Part shown: positions 11,001 through 21,600 of the stretch, piece by piece | Layout: each line of letters begins with the position of its first letter | Numbering within the stretch: the stretch's first letter is position 1 | Virus record (IMG/VR): IMGVR_UViG_3300022074_000015 | Span: 1-64,000 of that record | Source: a virus | DNA length: 64,000 nt | Reading direction: 5' to 3' (one strand) | Made by a program: the position numbers and the translations under genes | Notes under the pieces: model-generated | Databases searched by the model: none | What the model was told of the DNA's origin: nothing | The model's input: only the letters and a program-made list of their open reading frames with translations

Positions 11001-13646
11001 AGTGCAACTCAATTATTTGGTGATGGTTCACAACTAACTGGAATTAATGCAGGTGCTATTCTTGGCACTTCATCTGGTACTCAAAGATTAGTAATGACTA
11101 GTCTCACTAGTGGTGCTATGCTTAATGCTGCCACTGATAGTGATCTTGCTTATGATTCTGTCAGTGATAGATTGATTGTTCCAAATATTGATGTTTCTGG
11201 TATCGCTACTTTAGGTGGTCCATTAAGCACTGGTTCCACAACAGGTGTAGAAGGTCAATATCTTAAATCAACAGGCATTGGTGTTACTTGGGCATCATTC
11301 CCAAGAGTAAGAAATGTTGGTATCAATACCGCCGTAGCAGGTCAGACATCATTTAATTTTACATACAATCCAGAGTTTCTGGATGTATTCGTTAATGGTG
11401 TAAAATTAACTCCTTCTGAATATACTGCTTCTAATGGAAGTCAAATCATTCTTCAAACTCCTGCATTTACTGGTGAGATTGTAGAATTCCATACTTACAA
11501 TGCTACTAGTGTTGGTGGAGGAGGAGGCGGAGGTGGTGGTGGTATCACAGAGGTCGTTAGTGATACTTCACCACAACTTGGAGGAGAATTAGACCTTAAT
11601 GGTTTTGGTATAAATGGTACTGGAATTATTACTGCTACTAGTTTTACTGGTAATGGTTCTAATTTAACTAATTTAAACGCATCTAATCTTACTTCCGGCA
11701 CTATTCCAGATGCAAGATTCCCTGCTACATTACCTGCTGTTAGTGGTGCTAATTTAACTAATGTTCTTCATGATATAGTAGATGATACTTCACCACAACT
11801 TGGTGGTGGTTTAGATCTTAACGGTAATAGTATTACTGGAACTGGTAATATCCAGATAAGTGGTTCTATTACAGCAACATCTTTGTCTGGCACTGGTGCT
11901 AATGTAACTGGAATTCTTACTACAAATATTGTTAATTATGGTGATGGATTTATCTCTCTTCCAGATCTTTCTGTCACAACCGCAGGATCACCATTACAAC
12001 TTGGTGCTCTTGCTTACAATAATACAAATGGTGTATTTACATTCACACCACCTGATATTGAGGGACAATCACGTCAAGCATTCTCTGTAGGAACTGCCAA
12101 TACCCCATTACAAATTGGTGCTATTTCTTATAATAGTGGCACAGGCGTATTTACATATACACCACCTGACTTAAGTTCATACGTACAAACCAACAGCAAT
12201 CCTACATTTACTAACGTTACTGCAACTAATGTTTCTGCTTCAAGTTCTATTACTGCCAATAAGTTCTATGGTGATGGTTCACAGTTAACTGGACTTGTTG
12301 CGGCTGGTGTTGGTATAGAAGTTAAAGATAGTGGTTCAGTTGTAGGAACTGCAGGAACTATTGATTTTGGAACTAATTTAAGTGTTTCTGCTCTATCTGC
12401 TGGTATAGTTACTGTAACTTCTAATGTATCTACGTATGCTGATAGTGATGTTGATACGCATCTTAATCAATCAACCGCTGCCACAAATGAATTACTAAGT
12501 TGGAATGGTGCTGATTATGATTGGGTATCTGACATCAATGTTGGAAACATAAACGCTAGTGGTAATGTAAATGTTGCTGGTGTTCTAACATATGAAGACG
12601 TAACAAATGTTGATTCTATCGGAATTATAACTGCTAGATCTGGTATTGATGCAACTGGAACAGTTACTGCCACTACCTTTAGTGGAAGTGGTAGTTCTTT
12701 AACATCATTAAACGCCTCTCAACTTTCATCTGGAACTATACCTGATGCTAGATTCCCTGCTACACTTCCCGCTGTTAGTGGTGCTAATTTAACTAATCTA
12801 GATGCTTCGGATCTTGCTTCTGGAACTATACCTGATGCTAGATTCCCTGCCACACTTCCAGCAGTATCTGGTATTAATTTAACTAATCTAAATGCTTCTA
12901 ATCTTAATGTTGGAACTATACCTGATGCTAGATTCCCATCAGTATTACCTGCTGTCAGTGGTGCTAATTTAACTAACTTACCGAGTAGTGGTACACCTAC
13001 TTGGACTCTTGGTGCCAATGGTGCCAGTGATTATACTTTCACTGGACCTGGTGTTACTGCTGGATCGCAGGACCCAACCATCTATCTGGTAAGAGGGCAG
13101 AGTTATAAGTTTGAAAATAGAAGTGGAGGTCATCCATTCCGCATTCAGTATCAGTTCCAAAATACTGGGGGAACTGCTTATAACGATGGTATCACTAACA
13201 ATGGCGCTAATCATAATACTGATTTGCTATGGGATGTAAGATTTGATGCTCCCGATGTTCTTTATTATCAGTGTACTTCTCACCAGAATATGTCTGGTAA
13301 GATTATTATCTTAGGAGACACAAAGATAAATGGATCATGGAGTGCATCTGCTGGTTCCGCACAAGTTATAGATACAATTACAGGTGTCTCAAATAATGCT
13401 ATCAAGACAGCAGAATACACAATACACATTGAGAATGGTAGCAACATGCAGTCACAAAAAATTCTTGTCATGCAGAATGGTTCAACAGCACATCATCAAG
13501 AGTATGCTGTAATGTACACCAGCACAAATCCATTAGTGGAACTTTCTGCTGATATTAATAGTGGTAATCTCAGACTATTGGCAACACCTGCAAGTGGTAT
13601 TAGTGGAACCACTACCTACACGTTCACTCGCCAGACTATTCGATGA
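8073..13646 (+). CDS. Long tail fibre protein (1857 aa)
   Basis: LDVDG..ELD beta repeats, internal duplications, 30-aa PDARFPATLP repeats, cupredoxin-like C-terminal domain. Confidence 0.8.
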   Translation: MSKFLSGRQSNLKLGVDGYTNSKTVLETTGRVAIGATDAQSYSLFVVGDTSVQNIRITSGISTDGVDYGETFQLLRATGSGTWEWATVSGLFTANNILNGFTVREEGTVVGTAASIIQLDFRGGNIIAAADPQPSAGIATITMSDSPTFDNLLVTGISSVGTGITMYASSGIISATKFFGDGSDLDNTGATLNPASGTQRLVLTSLTSGTMIDAATDSELTYDSSTDTLIVSNIDVDDLAEFDDVNVGFALTVAGAVDFNGNLDVDGITELDDVNVDGTLTVNGVADLNGNLDVDGQTDLDHLSVTGVSTFTNTVAVNALLNANSNVDISGNLDVDGTTELDGLNVDGNTTLDTATVGQLTVSGLTDLNGNLDVDGQTDLDHLSVTGVSTFSNNIDANGDLDVDGHTELDNLNVSGVSTFASAVNLNGGLDVSGHTELDSVNVSGVVTATEFHTGAEASAIRIDSSTISGPSVINIDPAGIGNNTGKVVIKGDFQVTGTETIVDSTTVTINDKNIVVADGSADDTQADGGGITIESGDGNKTFQFEATGDNLGSSEHLNLASGKRYKINNIGVLSANGLGSGVVNSSLTSVGTLNQLNVSGISTFGNFVDINGGLDVDGHTDLDNLSVAGVSTFASLVDIDGGGRANTFIVEDLTDNRIVLAGSGGELEDDANLTFNGSQLAVGSAITAYVASGIVSATAFYGDGSNLDNTGATLNAATGTQRLVVTSLTSGTMVDAATDADLSFNSTDNTLNTYNIKVSGGISTDGADFGQDGQLLRAISGGKWTWAFVPGIFSVNNILNGFNVLEEGTTVGTAGSIQTLDFRGGNIIAAADSQPNGIATITVSDTPTFDSLTVTGQTDLQSLNVTGVSTFGSSSVTIDGNSDLINVGTALTLGHSQGLQYHSQNLHRDGFDVNQINASGIVTALEFHGDGSKLTGIAVTDHVRTDSLEVVGVTTFLDNIHVGSAITMYAATGIISATQLFGDGSQLTGINAGAILGTSSGTQRLVMTSLTSGAMLNAATDSDLAYDSVSDRLIVPNIDVSGIATLGGPLSTGSTTGVEGQYLKSTGIGVTWASFPRVRNVGINTAVAGQTSFNFTYNPEFLDVFVNGVKLTPSEYTASNGSQIILQTPAFTGEIVEFHTYNATSVGGGGGGGGGGITEVVSDTSPQLGGELDLNGFGINGTGIITATSFTGNGSNLTNLNASNLTSGTIPDARFPATLPAVSGANLTNVLHDIVDDTSPQLGGGLDLNGNSITGTGNIQISGSITATSLSGTGANVTGILTTNIVNYGDGFISLPDLSVTTAGSPLQLGALAYNNTNGVFTFTPPDIEGQSRQAFSVGTANTPLQIGAISYNSGTGVFTYTPPDLSSYVQTNSNPTFTNVTATNVSASSSITANKFYGDGSQLTGLVAAGVGIEVKDSGSVVGTAGTIDFGTNLSVSALSAGIVTVTSNVSTYADSDVDTHLNQSTAATNELLSWNGADYDWVSDINVGNINASGNVNVAGVLTYEDVTNVDSIGIITARSGIDATGTVTATTFSGSGSSLTSLNASQLSSGTIPDARFPATLPAVSGANLTNLDASDLASGTIPDARFPATLPAVSGINLTNLNASNLNVGTIPDARFPSVLPAVSGANLTNLPSSGTPTWTLGANGASDYTFTGPGVTAGSQDPTIYLVRGQSYKFENRSGGHPFRIQYQFQNTGGTAYNDGITNNGANHNTDLLWDVRFDAPDVLYYQCTSHQNMSGKIIILGDTKINGSWSASAGSAQVIDTITGVSNNAIKTAEYTIHIENGSNMQSQKILVMQNGSTAHHQEYAVMYTSTNPLVELSADINSGNLRLLATPASGISGTTTYTFTRQTIR
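12700..12980 (+). repeat. Three copies of a 90-bp (30-aa) tandem repeat
   Basis: Units start at 12711, 12801 and 12891. Confidence 0.9.
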
Positions 13647-15733
13647 GTTCTCAAACATTTGAAGAGTACAAAGATACTCTTGAAAAGGAACCTACGGATC
13701 CTGATGTTAAAAAAGAATATATTGTGGGATGCTATACATCTGATGACTGGACTCATATCCATCAGATTTTGATGGAAGATGGAACTCTTGAAGATAATAT
13801 TCCACCACAAAGTGTAGATTGTGTTGATGATTATAAACACAGTCCAATCAGAGGTAGATACTTATTAAATGATACTGAGGTAGAGCAACTTCGTAATCAT
13901 GAAAAAGTAGAATATGTAAATATTAATACTGATAAGTATCCTGGAACGTATGCTGTTGATCCTGTTTTACTGGAGGATATAGAAAGGCAGGACAGATATA
14001 GTTCTAACGTTCAGTATTATAAGGATCATTCAAGTAATGGTAGTGGATTTAATTCAACTGATATTACTCGTAAGAATAGAAGCACATATCAACAATTGAG
14101 ATTGCAGCAAAAAACTAGAGGTTTTTCTAATGATGCTTCAACATTAAATCAAAAAGGTCAGCAATGGGGAACTGGTAAAGACGTTGATGTAATCGTATGC
14201 GATCAAGATGCTTGGTTCGGTCACATTGAATTTCAAAATAATCTTGGTGGACCACAAAATTATGTTGGCGGAAACGTATTACCAGGTAATGGATCTTGTG
14301 ATGTTTTAGATATGATATTGGATGGACCATATTATCTTGATCCTGATTTTTTTGATGCTGATGCTTCTAGAAGAACTACAAGGTGGGATGGAACAACTGT
14401 TCCTACAGAATCTGCTGCTAGAAACTGGTGGTATTATGATAGTACAACCTATCGTTCTGCTAAGTTTGTAAGTCCTTCTAATGGTGGCAATGCTACTGGA
14501 GTTAATAATTTTGGAACACTGTTCATAACTTCTAGTTACACAAGAGCGACATGTAATGGAAGTAATACTTCATATCAAACTGGAAGTGGATATCATGGGA
14601 CTCCATGTGCTTCGCAGGCATATGGAAGACAATATGGTTGGGCTTATAATTCTAACAAATGGTATTTGAATTTATACGGAACTGGTAATCCTGGAACAGA
14701 AAGGTGTTTTGATTGTATAAAAGTTTTTCATCAAGTTAAACCAGTAAATACTAATCATGGTAATCAAAATCCAACTATAACCAGTAACAGTTTTGGATAT
14801 CGTTCCATGTCACCTTCATCAAGTGGATATTATTGGTATAGACCTGCCACCACTGATGGAACTACAAATGGAACTTCTTATAGTAGTAAACCAAACTTTC
14901 TCAATTATTTCTATCAATCTACGATAAGAACTGAGCTTAGACCAACTTCTATGCTAACTGCTGGTGTGGAAATGATTGATGCTGGTGTAATTATGTGCTG
15001 CTCTGCTGGTAATACGAATCAGAAACTTGTCAGTGCCACACATCCAGACTATAACAATTACATTAACTCTTCAGATAGTGTAGCACTTGATTCTACCTCT
15101 GTAAGTGCTTATGGATATACTTGGTATAGGACAGTTAATAGGCAAGGATTTCCAGCACAGGTAGGGCAACAAGGAACTGGTAATAGTAGAATTTACAGAA
15201 CTATATGTGTTGGTGCTTTAGATTCTGCACATTTAAGTAGTAACACAGGTATGGAGGTCAAAGCAGACTATAGTAATATGGGAGATTTGATTGATTGCTA
15301 TGCTCCTGCTATTGATACTTTAGCGGCTTGTGATGATAATACAAGCACTCGATATAATCGAAACGATGCTTATTATAGAATAGGTAATACAGACTCTATT
15401 GAATCTGAGGATTGTATATTCGGTGGAACAAGTTCAGCAACACCAGTAACTTGTGGAATCATTGCTACAAAGTTGGAACATAATCGTACTTGGACCTGGC
15501 AAGATGTAAAAAATTGGTTGAGAGATGATGTTGGAACTCAATCTACATCAGATTTTTATCATGGAGGTGAAGCGACATCTGCTACTGATAGTTTGTGGAC
15601 TAATCGTGATGTGGTTCATGATGATGAAGTGATTGTAGTTTGGGATGCTGTAAGCGGAACTGAACCCACTAGCGATCTAAAGTTCTCTGGTAGTGGTTTA
15701 TCAATTACTGGTGTTAATCTTAAAATAGTCTAA
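13643..15733 (+). CDS. Subtilisin-like (S8) serine protease
   Basis: DVDVIVCD (Asp), HGTPCASQAYG (His), SAGN (oxyanion Asn) and FGGTSSATP (Ser) in subtilisin order. Confidence 0.85.
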   Translation: MSSQTFEEYKDTLEKEPTDPDVKKEYIVGCYTSDDWTHIHQILMEDGTLEDNIPPQSVDCVDDYKHSPIRGRYLLNDTEVEQLRNHEKVEYVNINTDKYPGTYAVDPVLLEDIERQDRYSSNVQYYKDHSSNGSGFNSTDITRKNRSTYQQLRLQQKTRGFSNDASTLNQKGQQWGTGKDVDVIVCDQDAWFGHIEFQNNLGGPQNYVGGNVLPGNGSCDVLDMILDGPYYLDPDFFDADASRRTTRWDGTTVPTESAARNWWYYDSTTYRSAKFVSPSNGGNATGVNNFGTLFITSSYTRATCNGSNTSYQTGSGYHGTPCASQAYGRQYGWAYNSNKWYLNLYGTGNPGTERCFDCIKVFHQVKPVNTNHGNQNPTITSNSFGYRSMSPSSSGYYWYRPATTDGTTNGTSYSSKPNFLNYFYQSTIRTELRPTSMLTAGVEMIDAGVIMCCSAGNTNQKLVSATHPDYNNYINSSDSVALDSTSVSAYGYTWYRTVNRQGFPAQVGQQGTGNSRIYRTICVGALDSAHLSSNTGMEVKADYSNMGDLIDCYAPAIDTLAACDDNTSTRYNRNDAYYRIGNTDSIESEDCIFGGTSSATPVTCGIIATKLEHNRTWTWQDVKNWLRDDVGTQSTSDFYHGGEATSATDSLWTNRDVVHDDEVIVVWDAVSGTEPTSDLKFSGSGLSITGVNLKIV

Positions 15734-15758
15734 CCTAAATATCTAAAAACTCTGAGAG

Positions 15759-16232
15759 ATGGCAGAAAAGAAGTTTGGTGTAAGAGAGATTAATGTTATC
15801 GATCTAACGGGTACTCCCACGATTGAGAGCACAGGCACTTTAAATATTAACGCTGGAAGTGGTTCTGATGTAAACATCAATACAGATCTTAATGTCACTG
15901 GAGTTGTCAGTGATACTGCTGGTAGCCTTAGAAATCTTCCTCAAGTATCTAAGAGTTCTGCTTACACTTTAATTGCTTCTGATACTGGTAAGCATGTTAG
16001 TATATCATCGGGTGGAGTTACTATTGCCTCTGGTGTTTTTAGTATTGGTGATGTTGTAACCATCTATAATAATAGTTCAAGTAGTCAAACAATTACTCAA
16101 GGAACTTCAGTTACTTTAAGGCAGGCAGGAACTTCTAATACAGGAAATCGAAGTCTTTCTTTATATGGAGTGGCAACTCTTATGTGTGTTGCTTCTAATA
16201 CGTTTGTTATTTCTGGTGTAGGATTATCATAA
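15759..16232 (+). CDS. Short fibre/adaptor, type B C-terminal domain
   Basis: YTLIASDTGK...GNRSLSLYGVAT; C-terminal paralogue of 32568..33143. Confidence 0.7.
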   Translation: MAEKKFGVREINVIDLTGTPTIESTGTLNINAGSGSDVNINTDLNVTGVVSDTAGSLRNLPQVSKSSAYTLIASDTGKHVSISSGGVTIASGVFSIGDVVTIYNNSSSSQTITQGTSVTLRQAGTSNTGNRSLSLYGVATLMCVASNTFVISGVGLS

Positions 16233-16233
16233 T

Positions 16234-17433
16234 ATGTCAATAGTATCTCAATCAGTTTTTTTAGGTTTCACTCAAGGACTTCCAACATATTCCCTAGGAA
16301 CATCCTCTACTTCCGTAAATGAAGGTTCTACAGTAACATTTACGACCACTACTGCTAATGTATCTAATGGAACAACATTATATTGGTCTGTAAGTGGTGG
16401 TGTATCTTCAAGCGACTTTACTGTCAATTCTACAACTGGTTCTTTTACTATTGGTAGTAACGGACAAGGATCAGTTAGCTTGACATTAAGTTCTGATTCT
16501 TCTACAGAGGGAACCGAATCTTTTACCTTCTATGTAAGGACTGGTAGCACTAGTGGAACAATAGTTGCAACCTCACCTCTAATTACAGTTAACGATACCT
16601 CAATTAATCCTCAACCATTTAGTGCTAGTTACGTTATTATTGGTGGGGGCGGAGGAGGAGGAAAATTTAATGGTGGAGGTGGCGCAGGTGCTTATCGCAC
16701 TGCATCATCCACTCTGCAAACAGGAACTAATTATCCTATAACAGTTGGTGCTGGTGCTGCTAGATATGCGGGTCAGGGACAAAATGGTAACTCTTCTACT
16801 GCGTTTGGAATAACTGCTCCTGGTGGAGGTGGAGGAGGAACCAGAGGATATAATAATTCACCAGGATATGCTTCTGGTGCTGGTAGTCCAAGTCCTGGTG
16901 GTTCTGGTGGTGGTGCTAGTGCATATGATACTCCGCCTGGTGCCCCTGGTGGTGGTTCTGGTAGTTACGGAAGTCCTGGTGGTCCAGCATTTAATGGAAC
17001 TGGATGGGGTGGTTCTGGTGGAGGTGGAGTTGGTAGTTCAGGATCTTCTCACCCAAATGGTAGCACTGGTGGACCTGGAGGGAGTGGAACTAATATACCA
17101 TCACCTTTAGGTAGCGGACAGGTTTGTGGTGGTGGAGGGGGAGGAAATTATAATCAGGGACCTGCCGGTAGCGGATCTTATGGTGGTAAACCTGGTTCTA
17201 ATGGTGGAGCAGGTAGTCCTGCACCAACCTATCATGATGGTACTGGTAATACTGGTGGTGGAGGAGGAGGATGTAATGAATCGGGACCAGGTAGTGCTGG
17301 TGGAAGTGGAGTAGTTTTAGTAAGCAAGCCATCAAGTTTTACTGTATCTAATCCTGGTGGTGGTCTTACTTTAAGTACATACCCAACTTATGTTAGAATT
17401 ACTGGTGGATCTGGAAATCTTATGTTTATATAA
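16234..17433 (+). CDS. Glycine-rich adhesin-like protein with N-terminal Ig/Calx-beta-like domain
   Basis: SVNEGSTVTF...STEGTESF domain, then many GGGG motifs ending GGSGVVLV. Confidence 0.7.
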   Translation: MSIVSQSVFLGFTQGLPTYSLGTSSTSVNEGSTVTFTTTTANVSNGTTLYWSVSGGVSSSDFTVNSTTGSFTIGSNGQGSVSLTLSSDSSTEGTESFTFYVRTGSTSGTIVATSPLITVNDTSINPQPFSASYVIIGGGGGGGKFNGGGGAGAYRTASSTLQTGTNYPITVGAGAARYAGQGQNGNSSTAFGITAPGGGGGGTRGYNNSPGYASGAGSPSPGGSGGGASAYDTPPGAPGGGSGSYGSPGGPAFNGTGWGGSGGGGVGSSGSSHPNGSTGGPGGSGTNIPSPLGSGQVCGGGGGGNYNQGPAGSGSYGGKPGSNGGAGSPAPTYHDGTGNTGGGGGGCNESGPGSAGGSGVVLVSKPSSFTVSNPGGGLTLSTYPTYVRITGGSGNLMFI

Positions 17434-17435
17434 AA

Positions 17436-17840
17436 ATGGCACATTACGCACTGTTGGATGATAATAACGTAGTAGTTCAGGTTTTTCCTGGAGTTGATGA
17501 ATATACTGATGGTGTTGATTGGGAACACCACTATGGCTCTATGCACCAAATGACTTGTAAAAGAACCTCCTATAATACTTGTGGTAATTATCATCGTGCA
17601 GGAGGAACTCCATATAGAAAGAACTTTGCATCTGTCGGTTTTGTTTATGATGAGGAGAAAGACGCTTTTATACCTCCAAAACCTTTAGAATCATATGTTC
17701 TAGATGAGGATAAGTGTGAATGGTATCCTCCTATAACTCAACCACAATTGACAGAAGGTCAAACTGGGATGTATGTTTGGAATGAGGAAGCATATCAAAA
17801 TGACAATACCCAAGGTTGGGAATATTTTGACTATTCATAA
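17436..17840 (+). CDS. MAH[FY]A-family tail-associated protein
   Basis: Paralogue of 44778..45200 (RTSYN...RKNFA...YDEEKDAFIPPKP). Confidence 0.75.
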   Translation: MAHYALLDDNNVVVQVFPGVDEYTDGVDWEHHYGSMHQMTCKRTSYNTCGNYHRAGGTPYRKNFASVGFVYDEEKDAFIPPKPLESYVLDEDKCEWYPPITQPQLTEGQTGMYVWNEEAYQNDNTQGWEYFDYS

Positions 17841-17857
17841 ATAACTAAAAACCTATA

Positions 17858-18277
17858 ATGGCTAACAACAGGGAGTTATCACAACTTGGTTTTATAGTTA
17901 ATGTCGATGACTCCAATCAGAGTCTTGGCATTGGTTCTAGTGTTGGTATTGGAACAACTTCCCCAGATTATAAACTGGATGTTCGTGGTGATATAAACTT
18001 CAGTCAGGAACTCTACAAAGACGGAGTACTTTTTAATCCACAGTCTGGTGTTGGTGTAGGTTTAGGAACTGTTACACCAAACAGTGGAATAATAACTGGA
18101 AGAATTGGTGTAGGATTCACTGATATTAACTTTATTGGTAGTGGAATAACTGTTACTGGTTACGGAACGACAGTCGTTGTTGACCTTAGTTCTATTGCTG
18201 CTGCTTCTGCCCAATCTGCTCAACAGGGAGGTACAGCTGGAGATGATGTTATCCGACTTGCTATTGCTTTTGGATAA
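17858..18277 (+). CDS. Short fibre/connector protein
   Basis: VGIGTTSPDYKLDVRG repeat; C-terminal IRLAIAFG helix. Confidence 0.7.
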   Translation: MANNRELSQLGFIVNVDDSNQSLGIGSSVGIGTTSPDYKLDVRGDINFSQELYKDGVLFNPQSGVGVGLGTVTPNSGIITGRIGVGFTDINFIGSGITVTGYGTTVVVDLSSIAAASAQSAQQGGTAGDDVIRLAIAFG

Positions 18278-18318
18278 ATACTTTGAGGTCTTGAATTGTA
18301 GATGTACTAGGTTAACAG

Positions 18319-18645
18319 ATGGCAAATACCTTTAAACTCAAAACAAAGTCTAGTGTTGGTACAACACCGCAAAATGTTTATGTAGTTCCTAGTGCTACTA
18401 CTACAACTATTATTGGAATTTCTCTTGCCAACATATCTGGAACAGGTATAAATGTAAGTATTGGGGTTGATAGACCAGTTGGGGATAATGTAAAATTACT
18501 AAAAGACGCACCAGTTCCTCAAGGTGCTACCTTGGAATTCATGCAGGGTAATAAAGTTGTTCTGGAAACAGGAGATACTTTAACATGTGAGAGTGATGTA
18601 AACAATAGCATAGACGTTTCAGTCACCCTTATGGAGATGACCTGA
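18319..18645 (+). CDS. Small beta-rich virion adaptor protein (MANTFK type)
   Basis: Paralogue of 7729..8058. Confidence 0.7.
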   Translation: MANTFKLKTKSSVGTTPQNVYVVPSATTTTIIGISLANISGTGINVSIGVDRPVGDNVKLLKDAPVPQGATLEFMQGNKVVLETGDTLTCESDVNNSIDVSVTLMEMT

Positions 18646-18646
18646 T

Positions 18647-21600
18647 ATGGCATTAGATAGACTCACACAGGTACGTGGTGGTGGTATTGAATCACCACTT
18701 GAATTAGTTGGTGATCTAAGTGGAAATAATGCTAATTTTGTTGGTGTTATCACAGCATCAACTTTCAGTGGTACAATTATTGGTGATGTTGTTGGAACAG
18801 CTTCAACTGCTGGTTTTGCTAGAACATCTTTCTTTCTAGCAGGAACTCCCGATATAGTTGTTGGCACTATTAATGCGACTGATATAACCGCAACATCTTT
18901 CTCTGGTAATGGTCTCAATCTAACTTCTTTAGACGCATCCAATCTTGCTTCTGGTATTGTTCCGGATAATAGATTCCCTACAACACTTCCAGCAGTATCT
19001 GGTGCTAATCTAACTAATCTTAATGCTTCAAATCTTTCGTCTGGAATTTTACCTGATGCTATATTTCCATCGGTATTACCAGCAATATCTGGCGCTAATC
19101 TAATTTATCTTGATGCCTCTGATCTCTCTTCTGGAACTATACCTGATGCTAGATTTCCAGCAACACTTCCAGCAGTATCTGGTGCAAATTTAACTAATCT
19201 TGATGCTTCTGATCTCTCTTCTGGCACAATTCCTGATGCTAGATTTCCAGCAACACTTCCAGCAGTATCTGGTGCAAATTTAACTAATCTTGATGCTTCT
19301 GATCTTGCTTCTGGTACACTTCCGGATGCTAGATTTCCAGCAACACTTCCAGCAGTATCTGGTGCTAATCTAACTAACCTAGATGCAGGTAACCTGACTG
19401 GTTCAATTAGTAATGATAGATTGCCGAATCCTGTTGTAAAAGATCTTACTGGTAATGTAACTGGTAATCTAACTGGTGATGTAAGTGGTAATGTTACTGG
19501 TAATGTTACTGGTAATGTATCTGGAACTGCTGGTGGATTGAGTGGCACCCCTGATATAACTGTTGGTGCTATTACTGGTTCCTCAGCATCTTTCAGTGGT
19601 AATGTCAATGTTGGTGGAGTCCTTACTTATGAAGACGTTACTAATGTTGATGCAATCGGTCTTGTAACAGCAAGATCTGGAGTTAACATTACTGGAGGTG
19701 ATTTAGCAGTATCTAACAATGCTGTAATATCTGGTATTCTTACTGTTGGTTCTAGTTCTATCACCATAAATGGTGATGGTAATGAGGTCAAGGTTGGCAC
19801 AGGTCTTACATTATCACATACTAATGGTGTATTTGTTGGTCAAGTAAATCTTCACAGCACTGGATTAGAACTAGGAACAGGAAATCTTCAGTCACATAAT
19901 GTCAATTCTAGTGGTATAATTACAGCGACTAGTTTTGTTAAGTCTAGTGGAACATCCTCTCAGTTCTTAAAAGCAGATGGAAGCGTAGATAGCAATAATT
20001 ATCTCACATCATACTCTGAAACAGATCCTATCGTTGGTGCTGTTAATGGTATTGTAAAATCAAATGGTTCTGGCACAATTAGTGCTGCTACAGCAGGAAC
20101 TGATTATTTAACTCCTTCTGGTGATGGGACAGATTTAACATTTAATTATCAACAAGCACCACACGGTAGCACTGTAAACATAAGTGTTACCGTAGCCAGT
20201 AAAACCTCTGCTCATAGATATCAGAGTCAGGGAAGTAGTCTTGGATATGTCCTTGAAGGAATACAATCTCCATTTTTAACTTTAACTCCTGGAAGAACTT
20301 ACAGATTTAATTTAAGTTCGAGTAATCAATCAAGTCATCCATTTAGATTTTATCTTGAAGCAGATAGAACTACACAATACTCTACAAATGTAACTACTGC
20401 TTCAACATATACTGAGATTACAGTAACAGATACAACACCAACTGTTTTACACTATCAGTGTTCTCTACATGGGTATATGGGAAATGCCATATACTGTAAT
20501 TCAAACGCGGTTTATACACCAGAGACGATTACTGGTTTAGATGGTGCTAATATAACTGGAACAGTCACTGCCACTACCTTTAGTGGAAGTGGCAGTTCTT
20601 TAACATCATTAAATGCTTCTCAACTTTCGTCGGGAACTATTCCAGACGCCAGATTCCCCAATACGCTACCTGCTATTAGTGGTGCTAATTTAACTAATCT
20701 GGATGCTTCTGATCTTGCTTCTGGAACTATACCTGATGCTAGATTCCCATCAGTATTGCCTGCTATTGATGGATCTCAACTAACAGGAATTGCTGCGCAG
20801 GGAGCTGCTGGATACTGGGAGAAGACAAGTGCTGGTATCAATACTATCACTAATGTTGGTATTGGCATTACGATGCCAGCAACTGATACCTTATTACATC
20901 TCAATAAGAGTGATAGCGCACAAGCAACCATACGATTTACTAATTCTTCAACTGGAACCACTCAAGGTGACGGTGCGATTATTGGTGTAAATGCATCTGA
21001 AGAATTAAAAATCAGTCACCTTGAGCAGAAAGATATAATTCTCGCCACCGATAATACGACGAGAATGAAGGTTAAGAGTGATGGTAAGATTGGTATTGGA
21101 ACCAATTTTGATCCAACATTTACACTTGATGTTCAAGGTGATATAAATTTCACCGGCACTCTACTTCAAAACGGCAGTGTATTTCAATCTGGAGGAGGAG
21201 GCGGAGGTGGAAGTCCTCTAACCGTTAAAGAACTTTCATCACAGGGTGGATCGACTAATGTAACTGTCTCTAATGTAACGGAACTTCAATTCAATAATGG
21301 AAGTGGTTTCAACGTAACTGATGAGGGAAGTGGTGTAGCATTTGTTGATCTTGGCAGTACATTTAATCCATGGTATGTGAGTGGTTCTGAACCTCTAGCA
21401 GCAAGTGGTGAAGAACCTGTTGAAATTATCGCTGGACCTGGTATTGCTATTACCACAACACCGGTTGCTTCAGTTGGTATTGGAACAACATTCTCTAAAG
21501 CATTAACGATTTCTCAGGATGGTAATGCCATAAACGGAATTGGAACAGCAATTCCATTCACTAATGCTGACTTCTATTATTCTGGAACATTATTAATTGA

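Noticed and set aside
18920-19390. CRISPR-like array
   Set aside because: The repeats are contiguous in-frame 90-bp coding units with no unique spacers.
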